DNA of 64,000 nucleotides, from NCBI GenBank assembly GCA_949358305.1, contig OX442314.1, forward strand, positions 15,748,001-15,812,000. The letters run 5' to 3'. Of the stretch, positions 61,101 to 64,000 are shown one piece after another (position 1 is the stretch's first letter; the number at the start of each line of letters is the position of its first letter). A program made the position numbers and the translations under genes. The notes beneath the pieces were generated by a model that saw only the letters and a program-made list of their open reading frames with translations, did not search any database and was not told the origin of the DNA. Origin of the DNA: Strigamia acuminata. Lineage: Eukaryota.

Positions 61101-64000
61101 AGTTTCACTTTTCCCCCTTCTCCAAATCCCATTTTCCCTCCTTTTATCCAAAACTCTCTGCTCAATTCCAACTTGAAATCAACCGTTACATTTCCATTAC
61201 ATTTTTCTTCATTTCTTTGACGAATTTCATTAAACAATGAAAATTTAAGAAGACTTAAGCACATCCTACACGTTCGCCTCATTTCCATTTCGCATAACAG
61301 ATGGCGCAAATGCTTTTAAACCAAAAAAATAAATAAAATAAAAAAATTTCAACAAATTTTTACCCACTATTTTTTCCCCATGGTTTAATCCCCAAAAATA
61401 AATAAACCGCAGCTGCCATCTTTCATCCTCAAGACCTGGCGAAATTTACCAATTCCAATAACTTACCACCAAACCAAAAAGAAAAAAAAAACTAACCTTA
61501 ACCACAAAAAACACAAAATCGTCGAAGAGTAAAGAAAAAGATAGACGGAGGAAGGTGGGTGGGAATATTTTAACTTCAAACATTTTTTTGCACTCTAGAA
61601 TCTAGATTCACCAATGTTTCCCCAACCTGCAACTTTTCCAATCATGCAGACACACCTGCAAGCATTTCTATCTCATTTTTCCCAGAAACATATCTGCATT
61701 CATTCGCTGCAAGTAAACAGTCCTTTCTTACAGAATAAACTTCCCAGAACGCACTCGTTAATAACTGCACAACCCCTTATGACCATTTCATTGTGATTTA
61801 AATGACTTCAAAGCATCACATTGCATTGCTTCATCATCATTTCCATACAAAAATATGCCGAAGACCGCTTTTTACGTTCATTTATTATGTCACGTGAGCA
61901 CCTCAACCCAACTCGCGTTAAAACTTTTGCCAACTTTTAATGACCCTACCTGGTGCGGCGATGATAACTTGGCCACTTTCTCGCTTCTACGCACGAAGAA
62001 GAAGAAATTCCATTTAAAAAATATATTTAACACATAAAATTTAAAATGCAGGCCAATTAACCGCAACTTGATTGTTGCAACGGCGCTTAATAGCATCAAT
62101 TTTAACAAGTTAATTAGCATTTCCAAACAACAATTAAGCCATCAGATTATAGAACTAAGCTGAAGTAAATTTATTTTTAATTTTCCCACTAACTGAGCTT
62201 GTAAACCAGTGCGGCTCCCGTTGAAAAACTTCAAATGGCATCAATTAAGACGAATACTTAATCTCTTAAGTGCTGGAAAGTCAAACTTTGGCAGAATACA
62301 GAAGAAGAAGAAGAAAAAAAGATGGGAATAATTGTACAGTAATTTTAATAAGGTATGTCACTTGATAATCGAAAAGAAAATTAAATTCCTTCGTGGCATT
62401 TCACCCTAATTACAATTATTCTCCTTTAATTGCTTCCATTCGGATGCTACTTACAAATTAATTCCTCATCAACAGTCGATTTTAATTTAAAACCAGTATC
62501 TTGTACTCGCAATTATAAAAATCGATGTTTAAAAATGAATCAGTCGAGTTTTTATTTCAATTTTAAATTTAATCGCCCACCATGCGGGAAGTGAAACACC
62601 ATTCAAGTATCGGATGACATACTAGAGATTAGGTCAGCTAAAATCTCATTCTTTCTATTCCTCAAGATAGAATTCTGTCGCGTCGACCATTAATCAGCCA
62701 CACACGAGTTCAAAGTACAAAGGCAGCCAAAGCAGACAGCGATCCCCGTTCAATTGACAGTTTTCAAAACAATTCTAAATTTGGTAATTGGATCATTCAC
62801 ACGTTAGTCACACAGAAAAGAAGGAAAAAAATATTCAATAACGTCTGCAATTCAATTTCACAATAAAATTTGATTTTACTCCTTTTTTCCCCACTTGTAA
62901 TGAAATTTCATATCTGATTTCCAAAAAAATATACATAATAATGGATAAATAACGAAATAAAGATAAAAATACTCATTTTGATTCTTTTTCGATAGTTAAA
63001 GCATCGGCATTAAAAACTGAAACTTAAAACTTTATTATATCATTAAAATATCTGCTACTTGGGGTATATCAGATTTATCATCTTTTTAATAAAGTGTTAA
63101 TTTACCGATCATAGCAATTCCGAAGATTTATTGACAACAATATTTTTTTTTTCAAAATTTAAAAAAAAAATATTTATTCAATTTAAAAAATAAAAAAAAA
63201 TAAAAATAAAAAAAAATCAATCTTTGTCCCTTATGTTTATTCAATTAACAAAAACATTCAATTGTTTTACTTCAAATTGTTTACATCAACAAAGTTAAAC
63301 CTTTTCCCCCCCTTCACAGATTTAACCGTAATATATAATACACAAATTTCTATTCTTATTTTCCCGATCCCCAATTTCCCAATAGAGAATATATCTCCGT
63401 TCAACTCCCACCAAAGCCAAAGACCAACATATCAAAAATTCATCCGACACCAATAAAACGCAAAGCCAGCACGCTTAAAACCATAAACCATAACTTGGAA
63501 GCTAGACAAGAGCATTGTGTAAAACTTGATGAATATCACATGAAACTCAACCACAACAAACTCTTGGGAATTGGAATACCGCTAGTCACAGAGAAGAGAG
63601 AGGATTCCAGAAAAACAGCGCGAAAAAAAAACTATAAAGAGGAACCACCACCCACAGATCAATTTTAGTTCCTGACGTTACGACAAGTTGAAGAGGATGA
63701 AAAGAAATCGAACTGTGCTACCAGATAACCCAGAAAAGGAGTATTCGCCTAACGGAGGAGGGATTTAGGGGATCCCAACGTTTCAAATATGAAGAATAGA
63801 ATAAAATAAAAAAAGATAAAAAATATTATTTTTTATTTCCGAAGCCCAAAATCGAGTATTTTATCCCCAACGACAGGATGTTTTTCCGCATTAAGAGCTC
63901 ATTAAAGTAGTTAGTGTGGTAAATATGCCTAAAAATAATGCCCCGCTTCTTCTCGTTTCCAAAACAAACAGAAACGAAAATATACCTAACGAGGGATGTA

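Noticed and set aside
60917..61309. 130-aa minus-strand ORF as a CRIM1 upstream exon
   Set aside because: No signal peptide or IGFBP cysteine pattern; it may be promoter/UTR sequence but this cannot be supported.
1..64000. CRISPR arrays, tRNA/rRNA genes or prokaryotic operons
   Set aside because: The sequence is intron-containing animal DNA; I saw no regularly spaced repeats or structural RNA genes.

Overview
AT-rich invertebrate animal genomic DNA with three spliced host genes, all on the minus strand: Arp2 (7 exons, 392 aa), an NPC2/ML-domain gene (4 exons, 159 aa) and a CRIM1-like gene (13 exons, about 784 aa). Intron 1 of the NPC2-like gene carries a young, apparently intact 10.8-kb Ty3/gypsy LTR retrotransposon. 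It has 623-bp LTRs identical by eye, a GTAT target duplication, a tRNA-Pro-like PBS and a GGGAAAC -1 frameshift signal. The main finding is that this element carries, where env would be, a 421-aa non-env ORF with a CxxCxGxG zinc motif, NLS-like motifs and an HMG-box-like segment, preceded by promoter-like motifs. It also has a ~2.2-kb 5' leader ending in a second copy of its polypurine tract. Other elements are a gag-only LTR relic between Arp2 and NPC2, a decayed copia relic with nested BEL/Pao fragments, and several MITE-like inverted repeats. From about 33.5 to 64 kb I found no convincing coding sequence. All family assignments are from motif recognition, not database searches.
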